Below, in pieces: positions 46,278 through 58,489 of a stretch of 64,000 nt of DNA. The stretch is from NCBI RefSeq assembly GCF_044704955.1, contig NC_091983.1:22754001-22818000 (forward strand), read 5' to 3'. Numbering within the stretch: the stretch's first letter is position 1; each line of letters opens with the position of its first letter. Below the pieces are notes generated by a model. The model did not search any database. It was given only the letters and a program-made list of their open reading frames with translations, and was not told the origin of the DNA. Position numbers and translations under genes: made by a program. The stretch comes from Pristiophorus japonicus (lineage: Eukaryota).

Positions 46278-46382
46278 GAACAACGTGCTCTGTGAACATA
46301 AATGAGTGCTACTCTGAGCCTTGCTTGCATGGTGGGACCTGTGTTGACCTGATCAATCGGTTTGAGTGCATCTGCCTTTATG
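46278..46382 (+). CDS. Internal exon of a host gene encoding a calcium-binding EGF-like module (EYS/Crumbs/Notch-type)
   Basis: Polypyrimidine tract + TAG acceptor, G|GTAAG donor, 105 bp phase 1-1; (G)[34 protein letters not shown](G). Confidence 0.9.
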
Positions 46383-46559
46383 GTAAGCAGGACGAAAAGG
46401 CTGTTAACCCGTACTCTATCTTTTGTCAGCTTTGTTGTGCAGTTTTATACGTCTGTCACAGGCTTCTTTTATAGAGACTCCTATTGCAGTGTTTCGCAAT
46501 TGTCATTAGAACGTATTGGTAACACCTGCTTTCAGACGTCAGAAGATGTACACATTGTT

Positions 46560-47630
46560 ATCGATGGCTCGGAGTGCCTCTGAGTCTAAAGGTTGTGGTT
46601 TCAAGTCCCACTCCACACTTAAGCATATAAAATCTAGGCTGACACTCCATCATCATCATCATCATCATCATTATCATCATAGGCAGTCCCTCGGAATTAA
46701 GGAAGACTTGCTTGCACTCTTAAAATGAGTCCTTAGGTGGCTGAACAGTCCAATACGAGAGCCACAGTCCCTGTCACATGTGGGACAGATAGTCGTTGAG
46801 GGTAAGGGAGGGTGGGACAGGTTTGTCACACGCATCTTCCGCTGCTTGTGCTTGATTTCTGCATGCTCTCGACGATGAGACTTGTGGTGCTCAGCGCCCT
46901 CCCGGATGCTCTTCCTCCACTAAGGGCAGTCTTTGGCCAGGGACTCCTAGGTGTCGGTGGGGATGCCACCCCGCACCTTATCAAGGAGACTTTGAGGGTG
47001 TCCTTGTAACGTTTCCTCTGCCCACCTTTTGGCTCGTTTGCCATGAAGGAGTTCCGAGTAGAGCGCTTGCTTTGGGAGTCTCATGTCTGGCATGCGGACA
47101 ATGTGGCCTGCCCAGCGGAGCTGATCAAACGTGGTCAGTGCTTCGATGCTGGGGATATTGACCTGGTTGAGGTCACTAATGTTGGTGCGTCTATCCTCCC
47201 AGGGGATTTGTTGGATCTTGCGGAGACATCGTTGGTGGTATTTTTCCAACGACTTGAGGTGTCTACTGTACATGGTCCTAGCACTCCAGTGCAGGACTGA
47301 AGAAGTGCTGCACTGTTGGAAGTGCTATCTTATGAGTTAGACGTTAAACTGAGGACCCATCTGTCCTCGGGTGGGTACAAATGGTCCCAAGGCACTATGT
47401 GAAGAAGAGTTCTCCCCAGTATCCTGGCCAATATTTATCCCTCAACCAACATCACTAAAAAAATAGATTATCTGGTGATAATCATATTGCTGTTTATGGA
47501 AACTTGCTGTGCTCAAATTGCCTGCCACATTTATTACATTTAAAACACTTCAAATAATTGCTTGGCTGTAAAGGGCTTTGAGGTGTCTCAAGGTTGTGAA
47601 AGGTGATGTATAAATGTAAGTTTTTTTTTT
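46560..47630 (+). mobile_element. Deu-domain SINE split by an RTE
   Basis: Head with 'ggtttcaagtcccactcc' at 46598-46615; body resumes at 47280; 'cactcca' occurs on both sides of the RTE. Confidence 0.78.
46649..47277 (-). mobile_element. RTE (BovB-like) LINE 3' fragment
   Basis: 'MYSRHLKSLEKYHQRCLRKI..LRWAGHIVRMPDMRLPKQALY'; (cat)n reverse tail. Confidence 0.92.
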
Positions 47631-47983
47631 ATTACCTCTCAATTGCAAGCATTGAGTTGACATTGAATTTTGGACCATTCTTATAGTAAGGAATGCAAAA
47701 GCTGTGTAAATACAGTCTGTTACTGATAATTAAAGTCTTCCTGTGTGCTAAAGATGAATCATCCAATCATTTGAATTAAGCAATGTAAACAAAGCAGCCA
47801 AGTAAAACTTTAGTGCTATTTAAAAAACTTGAAATGTGTTTAAGAATTTGAAGCAAGCAACTTTTGAACTAGCAGCAGAATGTGAAGTGTAATAGTTTCT
47901 GTCATGTGACCAAGCCTTATACTGTACAAGCTGCTAACATGGGTTGTGTTCTTGCCCTGAGCCTCTGTTTATAAACTTGAGTA

Positions 47984-48450
47984 TATTATATATTTAACCC
48001 TTTGTAACCTGCATCACACCTGAGCACCAGAGTGCCCACCTGTTGGAGTCCCTTAGGTGTACAGTATATCAGCAGGCCACCCACGAGGTACCTGCACTCT
48101 GGAATCTTAATAAAGGAGCTAAGGTCACACTTGCTCATTACACACAGTACTCACATGATGAGACTAATAGAGCAAATATATTCAGAGATAATGAAAAGGC
48201 GATGTTTTGTATATGCAATGAAGATGATATCCTGGTTTTGGTGAGTTAAACTCTGTTTTTTCCATTTGATCGGATTGGGCTGGATTTTCTTGCGTACAAA
48301 TTGCGGTTCACCAACAGTTACGAACAACCCGAAGAGGACACCACCAACTTTGACTTTCCAACACACACATACAAGTGGCAACTGACATCATAGTTGAGCT
48401 CGAAACCAAACTCATCATCCCCAGCAGCTGTTGGTGAACTGCAATTTCCA
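47984..48450 (+). mobile_element. Scrambled fragments of the inner Gypsy family (partial LTR, integrase tail)
   Basis: 47984-48152 resembles the reverse complement of 15260-15440; 48297-48430 resembles the reverse complement of 15590-15720. Confidence 0.8.
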
Positions 48451-49299
48451 CAAAATAATTTTGCACCTCAACAAACATCATGCATGCATGCATTCATCCA
48501 TATATGTGTTACTCTTTCTGGAGAATGGTATGTTTTATGCTGCACCTTGAACTTAGTTTTTAATATGAAGGACTCCTTCATTGGGTGTAGCGTGGCAGAA
48601 TAAAGCTTCCATCTATTCCACCCCATATTGCACTTTAACCCTAACCCCACCAGCATGATACTTTAATTTCCAACACAAACCTTGTGGCCTCTGAGTGAGA
48701 TTGCAAATGTAGAGGTAGAATTTCTTCTCCAATATTTGTGTCGAATTGGTTCGACTCGTAAGTGCAATTCCTCTGTTCACCATCCTATCAAAGTCATTAA
48801 CTCATAATCAATTAATTAAACGTAACACCAAGAAAGAACAAAATAAAGTTGCACTTGTATAGCACCTCACCCCATCCTCAGGACAAACTAAGGTGCTTTA
48901 CGAGCAACTGTTGCAGGCAACTGTGACTTGCACACGGTAAGGTGCCAGAGACAACATATGAATGATCAGACAATCTGTTCTTCGTGAGGGAGGAATCAGC
49001 CAATAGGAAACCCACTGATCATCTTCGAATCATGGTATTATCCTTTAAATCACTTGAACAGGACACCTGGCAGCAATGCTGACTCCCTCAGTACTCACAA
49101 AAGCATCAGCCTAGATTACATGCTCAAGTCCATGGCTGGGCTTGAAGGCAGGACCTTCTGAGTTGCAGGCAAGTATGCTCCCAACTGAGCCAAGCTGACA
49201 GAACAGGCATTATATCCCTTGTTAGTTTTTGCCTTTTTGGGCAGTTTTATGCCATGGACCCACATTCCCCCAGGAGTTGGATTGAGATTAAACAATGAC

Positions 49300-49545
49300 T
49301 TGCATTTATATAGCGCCTTTCACATAGTAAAATGTCCCAAGGGGCTTTATCGAGCATAATCAGACAAAAATTGACAGCAGGCAAAAGAAGGAGACGTTAG
49401 AACAGGTGATCAAAAGCTTGGTCAAAGAGATAGGTTTGAACAAGTGTCTTAAAGAAGGAGAGAGAAGTGAAGAGTTTTAGGGAGGGAATCTCAGAGCTCG
49501 GCACCTAGACGGCCGAAGTCACAGACGCCAATGGTGGGGTGAAGC
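49300..49545 (-). mobile_element. L2 LINE 3' end
   Basis: 'cttgcatttatatagcgcctttcac...ttagggagggaatc'; tail shared with the Deu-SINEs. Confidence 0.72.
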
Positions 49546-49678
49546 AACTAGGGCAGTCCAACCATCTTGGTTAAAGCTGCCTTTGTTTTGTGTTTAATGG
49601 GCTGTGGTGGCAGTGGGCCACCAACCCATGGGTTTCATGTAGCCAGTGGCATCCCCACAGTAAAATGCCAGCTTCACT

Positions 49679-50595
49679 GGGAGTGATTTTGTTCCCGTAT
49701 ACGTTGGGCGCTAAAGAGCCTCCGAGGTGGCCAAGTCCGTGTTTGGCGCAAGACGCCATCTTAGTAACGGAGTTGAAGCTTGTGCTCGGAACGGCTGCCC
49801 AGAGGATTGTTTAGCAGATGATTGCCACTTAAATTGCCTGTTAGTGGTCGCTAGGGGTCATTAACAAGGTTGCATGAGATTTTGGTGGATAGCTAGCACT
49901 TGATCTAACACCCGACAGCAACCTGCTGATTGGTGAGTAAACTAGTAGTATATCACCTTTTACTATTCACTTGCTGCTGGTGGTTTGAAGAGGATTTTGA
50001 AACATATTGGAGACTTTCTGGGACACTTTGTTAAGACTTTGTCAAGACTTCACCTAACACTAACATTTATTCTGGAAATTCTCTGAGGACTTTACTTAAA
50101 AAGAGTGAGCACTGTGCAACTCTACCTTATTGGACATCTTATGATTTGCTAGGGTTCCCCCTTTGGTCGGGAGGAGGATATGAGGCTTGGTAGACCTGGT
50201 AGGGCTGTAGGAGGGTGAGGTGGATACCCTTTCTCTTCCCCCTCCACCCCCCACCCCCCCAACCGGCCGGTCCCTCCTGCTCTGGCTGCGTCCGAGAATA
50301 TGTGCACCCTTTCTCTCACTCCCTGAGCCATCCTGAAACCTGCCGCTGTGTGTCAGCCAGTCCATTCCACACCTTCTGTGGAAGTGGGTGCGTGAAGCCC
50401 ACATATCTTGCTCCACGAAAATTGATTCGAATCCGTGGTAAACCAACAGGCATCTGATTTAGTACCTCCAGACATTATAGTAATTGGCAATTAGGACCTA
50501 AATTGTGTACCAAAACTAGACATTCAAACAGGCATGTCGTATCAGCACAGCACCCATTTGGCGCCTGTTTTCACCCTTTCACCAAAATAACCCCC
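49679..50595 (+). mobile_element. Internally deleted Harbinger derivative (F), TSD ACT
   Basis: ACT-gggagtgattttg ... caaaataaccccc-ACT. Confidence 0.75.
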
Positions 50596-51399
50596 ACTAC
50601 ATCCAACCAAATTTGGCAACCCTACATACAGTCCTTACAAACTTTAGTTAAAACCTCAGTTCTATATCGCATTATCCACATCAATATCAGATACACTGGT
50701 GTCCTGTAAATGGTCTCTGAGTAAGCATCATCCTACCTTCATTAACTCATGGATTTCAACAAGATACCTCTCAGTAAAATGATTAAACTTGAGTTCAGAA
50801 GTAAATTGTCGTTGCTGTTTTTGTTTTTTCGCTCTCTCGCTCTCTCGCTCTCGTCGGGACAGTGGTAATAGCTTTGCATATCTGTTTGAGTTGTGTTTGC
50901 TTGATTGTTTGTCTTCGTCGCATCGCCACAGAATAGAGAATCAGGTAAACCACCTGATCTGTAGGAAGCTGCAGAATTTGACTTGTAATTCTCTTTTTTC
51001 ATATGGTAGTAGCAAAAACAAATTAAATATCAATATTTAAGTCCCATAACCGGTGTAACAACATGGATATCTTGTAGCCTGCCTGCAAATTTCCTTTTGA
51101 GGGCAGTGTTCCAGGGTCTAATGAGGTGTTCTGTGGTGCATGATGGACTATTAAAGCATCCCCATCTATGGAGAGGGTGGCAGCACCTCCCCATGAGCGA
51201 CTCTGAAGTGGTTGATGGTTGTCCACTCTTTGCGAGGAAGGTTTGGTCCTGCAGGTTGTACTGTGGAGTCCTCCTACAAGGAGCCTATTTGGTATGTCAC
51301 AGTTCTTCCAAGCATTATAATTGAATTTGGTTTTTAACCTTCAAGTATGACACTGGTTCTGATGTCAAGCAAAGGAGGAAAGTGCAAAAGCTGGAAATG

Positions 51400-51560
51400 A
51401 TGAGTAAAAATAGAACATTCTGGAAATGCACAGCAGGTCAGTCCGCATCTGTAAAGACAACAAAACCCACAAGTTCATGTTTCAGATGTCTAGCTTGATT
51501 AGAACTGATGAAGGGTGGACACACAAATGTCAGTAACCTATGTAACAGATTCGGGTCTGC
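51400..51560. repeat. Inverted pair of degenerate Penelope-type tails
   Basis: Reverse copy (ctggaaatgcacagcaggtcagtccgcatctgt) abuts forward ctgatgaaggg. Confidence 0.55.
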
Positions 51561-52624
51561 CGACTCCAGTATAGCCGTATCAGTCACTCCAGTAAGTGGC
51601 TTGATTATCTTGTGTTTAGGAGTGCCCACTATCTAACTACACAATAGCATAACCTGGGTTGTAACAATAGGACCCTCGTGTGATCTGAACTGGGTTTCGT
51701 CTCCATACCTCCAGTTCGGGATTTCCGCATGCACTTGCACATGAGTGAAATAACATGCGCACACATGTGTTGATAAGCTATTCGTGCGGGCCACAAAAAA
51801 GTAATCACTGGTGTAGATTTGGGCTATTTGACAAACGAATGGCCAGCAATTGCACACGGAAATATTATGGCTCAATGCCTGTTGGCATCAGCGAAAAGGG
51901 ATATCAAAGGCATTAATTAAATATTTTCATATCGTAAATTATGCACATACACTATCAAATGAGTTTATGCAAATATTTCCCTTACAGTTTTAATGATGTC
52001 TTAAAATTATCAAAAAATTAAATTTTTGTGAGGTTGGTGGAATGAAGGTAATTACGAATAAAATTCTAATTCTGCAAATTGTAATTAGATTAGATTTTGG
52101 GATTCCATTACATTTCATTATGGGACTCCCTTTGAAAATGATTTAAAATGGAATTCTGCTTTTTGCTTGCTGCCTACGTCCCTGTGATCCATGGACCATT
52201 ACACTGCCTCCTACCTCGAGGTCTGAGACTGCAAGCTTCGCAGCCTCTCCGCCAAAGGTAGGTTCGTAATTCGTCCGTGGGTCGGAGGTGTATTCCGACA
52301 ATACACCTCCGACCGCAATTTTTGGTGTCGTGTCCTTTAAATGTTTCTCTAAGCCTTTTGAAGAGAAACTGAGAAAGCACTTGAAAAGACCAAACCAGAT
52401 TAATCCATTTCAGACAGCAAATGGACATGCAGAGCAATAGTTCCAATTGGACATACTTAACTTAATCAGTATAACTTGCCTTTGAGTACTAATGCAAAAA
52501 TAATAAATGTACTCTGCTTTCCCACATCAGTGATTTTCCTTGCTTGGCTTAAACAAAAGAACTTTTACCAAACAACCTTTTAGCAATCATCCCAGGGTTT
52601 TGGGACTTCCCAACACAGTGGCTT

Positions 52625-55320
52625 TTTCGAAATGTATTTATTCGTGGGATTGGGGCGTTGCTTGCAAGGCGACCATTTATTGCCCCCAAGAAGGTGGTGA
52701 TAAACCGCTGCAGTCTGGGGTGTAGGGTGTTCGTTTTCCAATTTACTTTGATTTATAGACCTCTGGAATTACAGGAAGGACTCCACGTAACGCAAAGTTT
52801 AGGCTTAAACCCAACTGTTAGTTTATTACACACAAACCAACTAAAAATGACGACAAGACTTCTTCTTGGAGATTGAGTGAAGACATACAATCACCCATCC
52901 AGCCAGTTGCTGCTGTAGTCGATTGTAGGCTCGTGGAGCTAGGGAAGGTGTTGGGTCCCAGCTGCTTGCTTCGTGGTCATTGTTCCTTTTGACCTGCTCC
53001 CCTGAGGTGTTTCTTCGACCTGTTCCCCTGAGCTCATCCTAGTTGTTCCGAGCTCTTCCTGTTGTACCGAGTTCTTCTTCTCGACTCTTGCATATATATC
53101 CATTTGATTATACACATCTCTATGGCTGTGATAATGGGTCTGGATCTGTTTGGATGGCCACAATTCACACTTATTTCGGTGCACGGAATCGACAGGGCAG
53201 AAGATAACTACTTATCTTTTGTGCCCCGTTATTCAAAAATGCACGCCTTGTGGGATCCTTTGTTGTCCTGGGTTTTCGCAGACTTGTAGTCTCCATAGGG
53301 GACTGGTTTTTCCCCTCCGGCCAATTAATCCATGGGCTTCTCTGCTTGATTGTATCAAAACCCTTTGTCTCGATGTTAATCGGGTCTCGCTCCTGATCCC
53401 AGAAATTGCTTTAATCAGTTATGAGTCACCACCTGCCCCAGGCTGGCATTCTTTCTCCTGCCCAACAGTCCCACAGGTTTTCTTTAATGCATTTTAGCCC
53501 ATGGCCTCTTGCTGTGCCTCGGTCATGAAATGTGTAAACGTTACAGGGGTGAATGTGCTCCCACAGAGCTCTTGGGTAGGGAATTCCAGGATTTTTACCC
53601 AATGACAATATATTTTCAAGTCAGGATGGTGTGTGACTTGGAAGGGAATTTGGAGGCAGTGGTGCTCCCATGCGCCTGCTGCCCTTGTCCTTCTAGGTGG
53701 TAGAGGTCGCGGGTTTGGGAGGTGCTTTCGAAGAAGACTTGGCGAGTTGCTACAGTGTATCTTTTAGTCACGGTGCGCGGGTAATGGAGGGACTGAATGT
53801 TGTGGATCGGGTGCCAATCAAGCGGGCTGCTTTGTCTTGGATTGTGTCAAGCTTCATGAGTGTTGGAGCTGCAATCATCGAGGCCAGTGGAGAGTATTCC
53901 ATCACACGCCTGACTTGTGCCTTGTAGGTGGTGGAAAGGCTTTGGGAAAATCGGGAGGTGAGTCACTCACTACAGAATACCCAGCCTCTGACCTGCTCTA
54001 GTAGCCACACTATTTATGTGGCTGGTCCAGTTAAGTTACTGGTCAATGGTGGCCCCCAGGATGTTGATGGTGAGGGATTCGATGATGGTAATGCCGTTGA
54101 ATGTCAAGGAGAGGTGGTTAGACTCTCTCTTGTTGGAAATAGTCATTGCCTGCCATTTTTGTGGCACGAATGTTATTTGCCACTTGTCAGCCTAAGCCTG
54201 AATGTTGTTCACATCTTGCTGCATGTGGACATGGACTGCTTCATTTTCTGAGGAGTTCCGAATGGAGCTGAACACTGAAATCTTCAACAAACATCCCCAC
54301 TTCTGATCCTATGATGGAGGGAAGGTCATTGATGAAGCAGCTGAAGATGGTTGGGCCTAGGACACTGCCCCGAGGAACTCCTGCAGCAATGTCCTGGGGC
54401 TGCGATGTTTGGCCTCCAACAACCACAATCATCATCTTTTGTGCTAGTTATGACTCCAGCCAGTGGAGAGTTTTCCCCTGATTGCTATTGACTTCAATTT
54501 TATTAGGGCTCCTTGATGTCCGACTCATTCACATGCTGCCTTGATATCGAGGGCTATCACTCTCCACTCACCTCTGGAATTCATATCTTTTTTTTTTCAT
54601 GTTTGGACCAAGGCTGTTCTGAGATCTAGAGCCAACTGGTCCTGCTGGAAGCAAAACTGAACACCAATGAGCAGGTTATTGGTGAGTATTCAGCTGGAGA
54701 TTTTCTTGCCCCGTGTTTGACCTGCTGCTCTGCAACATCGTGATCTGGAGTCAATGTTGAGGACTCCCAGGGCCACTCCCTCCTGTCTGTATACCTCTGT
54801 ACCACCACCTCTAGTGGGTCTGTCCTACCATTGGAATAGGGCATATCCAGGGATGGTTAAGTCTGGGAGGTATGATTTTGAGTGTTGCTATGTCAGGCTG
54901 TTGCTTGACTAGTTTGTGGTGCAAGTACCCAGATGTTAATGTGGAGCGTTGACTGGGATGGGTGTTGCAATTTAATGCCGAGGTCAATGCTGGCTGGTCT
55001 GTACATTTTTATTTTTCTTGTAATTTGTTTGTAGCAGTCAGATACAACTGACTGGCTTGCTCTGCCATTTCAAAGGGCAGTTAAGAGTCAACCACAGTGC
55101 TGTGGGTCTGGAGTCACATATAGGCCAGACCGGGTCAGGACAATGGGCTTCATTCCCCAAATGGTGTTGGTGAACCATTTGGGATTTTACAGCAATCCGA
55201 TGGTTTCTTGCTCACGCTTACTGATAACTTTTTATTGCAGATTTAATTAACTGAATTTAAATTCAGGGAAGGAATATTAGTCCAGGCCTCCAGGAACATA
55301 GCCGCTACACTACCATACCC
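52625..55320 (-). mobile_element. Daphne/Crack-like LINE with tRNA-like 5' head, partial APE and RT, internally deleted, interrupted by a solo LTR
   Basis: Head 55040-55320; 'LVKQQPDIA' APE start near 54900; 'GVPRGSVLGPTIFSCFINDLP' near 54350; tail 52630-52716. Confidence 0.78.
52721..53545 (-). mobile_element. 825-bp solo LTR (ERV- or Gypsy-type), 4-bp TSD GGGG
   Basis: TGTA...TACA termini; GGGG on both sides; host LINE contiguous across it. Confidence 0.82.
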
Positions 55321-56193
55321 TTGGATGTGAGGTGCTTATTGATTACCAAGATCAGGCTAATGAATTACATATTTGTATTTGTCTTTGGGGGAAATCATTT
55401 CAATTCCAAGTTCATTGACATTTGTCACGTTTTTTTTTAGAAAAAACACATACTTTGCTTTTTTAAAAAATAACTGTTGTTCCAATGGAACAACAATCAG
55501 ATCAGTTCTATAAGGTTGAGAATTGCCAATCACTGTTTACAAATTCTGACTTATGACATGTATATTTTCAGAACTTTTATGGTACCGTACTTGTTATAAG
55601 TAAGGATTGGCCTCAACTTGTGTATTTTGATTGGCGTGCGAGAAAAGCTAATGAATTCATTTTTTTAATTTGTTTATAGAGAGCATATTCCTGGGGTTTA
55701 AATTATGCATATGAGCAATCTTCGTGGGATTACTGGTTAAAATATTATGAGTGTATACCTAAAATTCTGGATTTCAGCTGCATTAATCATTATTCAGTGT
55801 GGAGACTGAGCAAGATGATTGAACGCTGACACGAGGGATAAGGACTAAAATAACAGTGCGAGATGGTAGTGAATTTTCGGTTTGTTTTTTTAGTTCTCTC
55901 AATATTACCATTTTTATTTCATGGGTTTAAGCATATAGTAAATCTTATGGCAACAAGCCGACATCTCTCTTTAATTAATGTCGCTTTTTGTGGTTATTGT
56001 AGTGCAAAATTTGTCAATAAGGGAGATTTAGTGGCAAGTGCAGCAAGTATATATGTGAGGGATTGAGAAGCTTAATAAAGCTGCTTTAATTTAGTGTGAA
56101 AATAAAGTGAAGCAATTCCTTCTAATGGAAACAATACTATTCACAGGGGTACAGTAGCATTTAATAAACTAAATAGCAGGTTTGTAATGTCAG

Positions 56194-56810
56194 TCATCAT
56201 CATAGGCGGTCCTTCGAACGAGGATGACTTTCTTCCACATGGGTTCACAGATGTTTCAATGAAGGACCCGATGTTCCAGTCCTGAACTCCAATTGAAGGG
56301 GTGGAAGATGCCTGTGCGTGGATTTTTTTTTAACGTGTGGTAACCGTTGCATTTCAGCCACCACACGGGCGTGACCGAGCTAGGCCTTTATCCAGTGGCA
56401 AGAGTTAACCAGGACGACTGCAGACCCGCTCTGCTGCACGGACCTAGCGTGCACACATCACAGTGTGGGCTGGCCCGTGCTGCCCCTGGGCCCTCGGCTC
56501 TTCTGGTCCCCGTACTCTCATTCGCCGCACCTCCGCCACAAACATTCGCCGCACCTCCGCCACGATCTCTCGCCGCTCGTCCGTCCCGACCTTCCCGCCC
56601 CTCCGCTGTACCTGGGCCCCGCCGATGTTCCTGCCCATGCTACAAACGCCAACCTGGGTTTTGATGACATCGCCCACTGCGAAGCCGTCACACACTTGTA
56701 GCAGCTCGCGCTGGAAGCTGCAGTGGTGTGTTCTTTTTTTTTTTATCCTTCCGACCTGCAGTGGTGTCCCCTTGCAGGTTGGGATGGCCCACAATGTTCC
56801 AGGGGCCCGC
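56194..56810 (-). mobile_element. Longer copy of the RTE-tailed non-autonomous retroposon
   Basis: (cat)n + RTE tail; 56240-56435 resembles the reverse complement of 32544-32730; internal 'cgccgcacctccgccac' repeats. Confidence 0.75.
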
Positions 56811-57064
56811 ACTGTCAGTAATGCGGTTGCGAAGGGCAGCGCTCAGCTTAATCATTCACATGGGGTTGGTGTCGCTGAAGTAATGGAGTAAAGTTTGAAT
56901 GCAGAGAAAATTGCTTATTTTCACCCTGTTATCATGCCAGGTTTGACTCTCTGTCATCATCAACTCAGAATGGAGGGTCCGATTTCCCGTGGAGGCTGGT
57001 TCAACATCATTGGCAGATATCAGTTTAAAACTCTGATCTATTTTTATATTTGACATTTCTGAAT

Positions 57065-57435
57065 TCATAGAATCATAGAAACATACAGCATAGGAGGCCA
57101 TTCGACTCATCGTGCCTGTGCCTTTTGAAAGAGCTCTCCAATTAGTTAGTCCCTGCTCTTTCCCCATGGTCTTGCAAATACTTCTCCTTCCAAGTACTTA
57201 TTCATTTTACTTTTGAAAGTTATTATTGAATCTGCTTCCACTGCCCTTTCAGGCAGTGCATTCCAGATCATAAACAATTTTTGTTTTAAATTCTCTTCTC
57301 GCCTCTGGTTCTTTTGCCAATTACCTTAAATCTGTGTCCTCTGGTTACCGACTGTCCTGCCATTGGAAATAGTTTCTCCTTATTTACTGTCCGAGCCCCT
57401 CATCATTTTGAAAACCTCACCGTAACTTTCTCTGT
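57065..57435 (-). mobile_element. CR1 3' fragment
   Basis: Reverse tail 'catagaatcatagaa' and CR1 UTR. Confidence 0.8.
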
Positions 57436-57787
57436 TGTTTGGGAATTTTCTTCTTCTTCTCCAATTTTATTGGTTTGAGGAAAATTTCAACGCTTCATCA
57501 ATTTCAAGTGTTTACCTGGAGTGTTTCTGTGGATATGTGGGAGTGGGTGTGAGTGAAACATACACCACATTAGCAGCATAAGGTTAATAACAAAACCAAA
57601 ACCCGATTTGATTGATTAACTGGACTAGTTGAAATAACATAGAAAAAATGCTTCAAAAGACTTGAGGAAATGCAAAGCATAAGAAAAAAGCAAGACTTGC
57701 ATTTGTATAGCGTCTTTCACGACCACTGGAAGTCTCTAAGCGCTTTACAGCCAATGAATGTACAATGTATTCACTGTTGAAACATCT

Positions 57788-58485
57788 AGGACTGTATTTT
57801 CAGCTCTTCTCGCCTTTGCTTGTGCCCTGGCGGGGTGGTAAATGCAGTTTCTGGGCGTAATGCCGGGCATCCAGGAATTACCGCCCGGCCAGTAGATTCA
57901 GCTACTGGTTAGCGTCAGTGCAAAAACTTACCGCCCCCGGTCCATTTTTAGCATGATGAAGATTTCAATTGTCATGTAAAGTTGCACCGGTGCCCTGGAT
58001 GGAAATTTCAGCCTTAATGCCTCATTTAACTCCCGCCCCAGAAAACGCCTGAACAAACCAGGCGGTCCCAGGGTGCAGCAGGCGCTATTGGCAGCATATG
58101 TAAACGGAGGCTGGAGGATCTTATATCGCAGTTGTCAGTAATTGCCACAGTTGCGCGCAGAACTCTGCGTGAGGCTCCAAGTTGCGACCTTTTATGTGCC
58201 GTGACACTTCGCTTACGAGGTCAGTGAGAGGTTTGAATCGGGTCGATATTAGTTTGCCAGTGTATCATGCTGGTTGCTATTGACGGGCGGCTTCAAGCTG
58301 GAAGAAGGATTTTTGGCCATGTCGGGCCACGGATTAGAAGAGGTCGCAGATGTCTGGAGAGGAGGCCGTACCACTCACTGGTTTACAGGGACCATCGCTC
58401 ATAGCTCCAGCTCTCTGAGGCGCGGTGCCTTTTAGAAGGTTGTGCTTCCAAAAGGAAGTGCTGACCGAGATATGCCAGATCCAAA
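57788..58485 (+). mobile_element. Harbinger left arm (G) with HARBI1 N-terminal remnant, truncated by CR1
   Basis: 'ggactgtattttcag' end; repeated accgccc motifs; 'RRPYHSLVYRDHRS..RLCFQKEVLTEICQ'. Confidence 0.72.
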
Positions 58486-58489
58486 AGCC

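Noticed and set aside
46244-46474. Whole 76-aa ORF as a small protein
   Set aside because: The N-terminus is the polypyrimidine tract and the C-terminus is intron; only 46278-46382 is exon-like
46516-46728. Poly-histidine ORF
   Set aside because: It is the reverse (ATG)n tail of an RTE LINE
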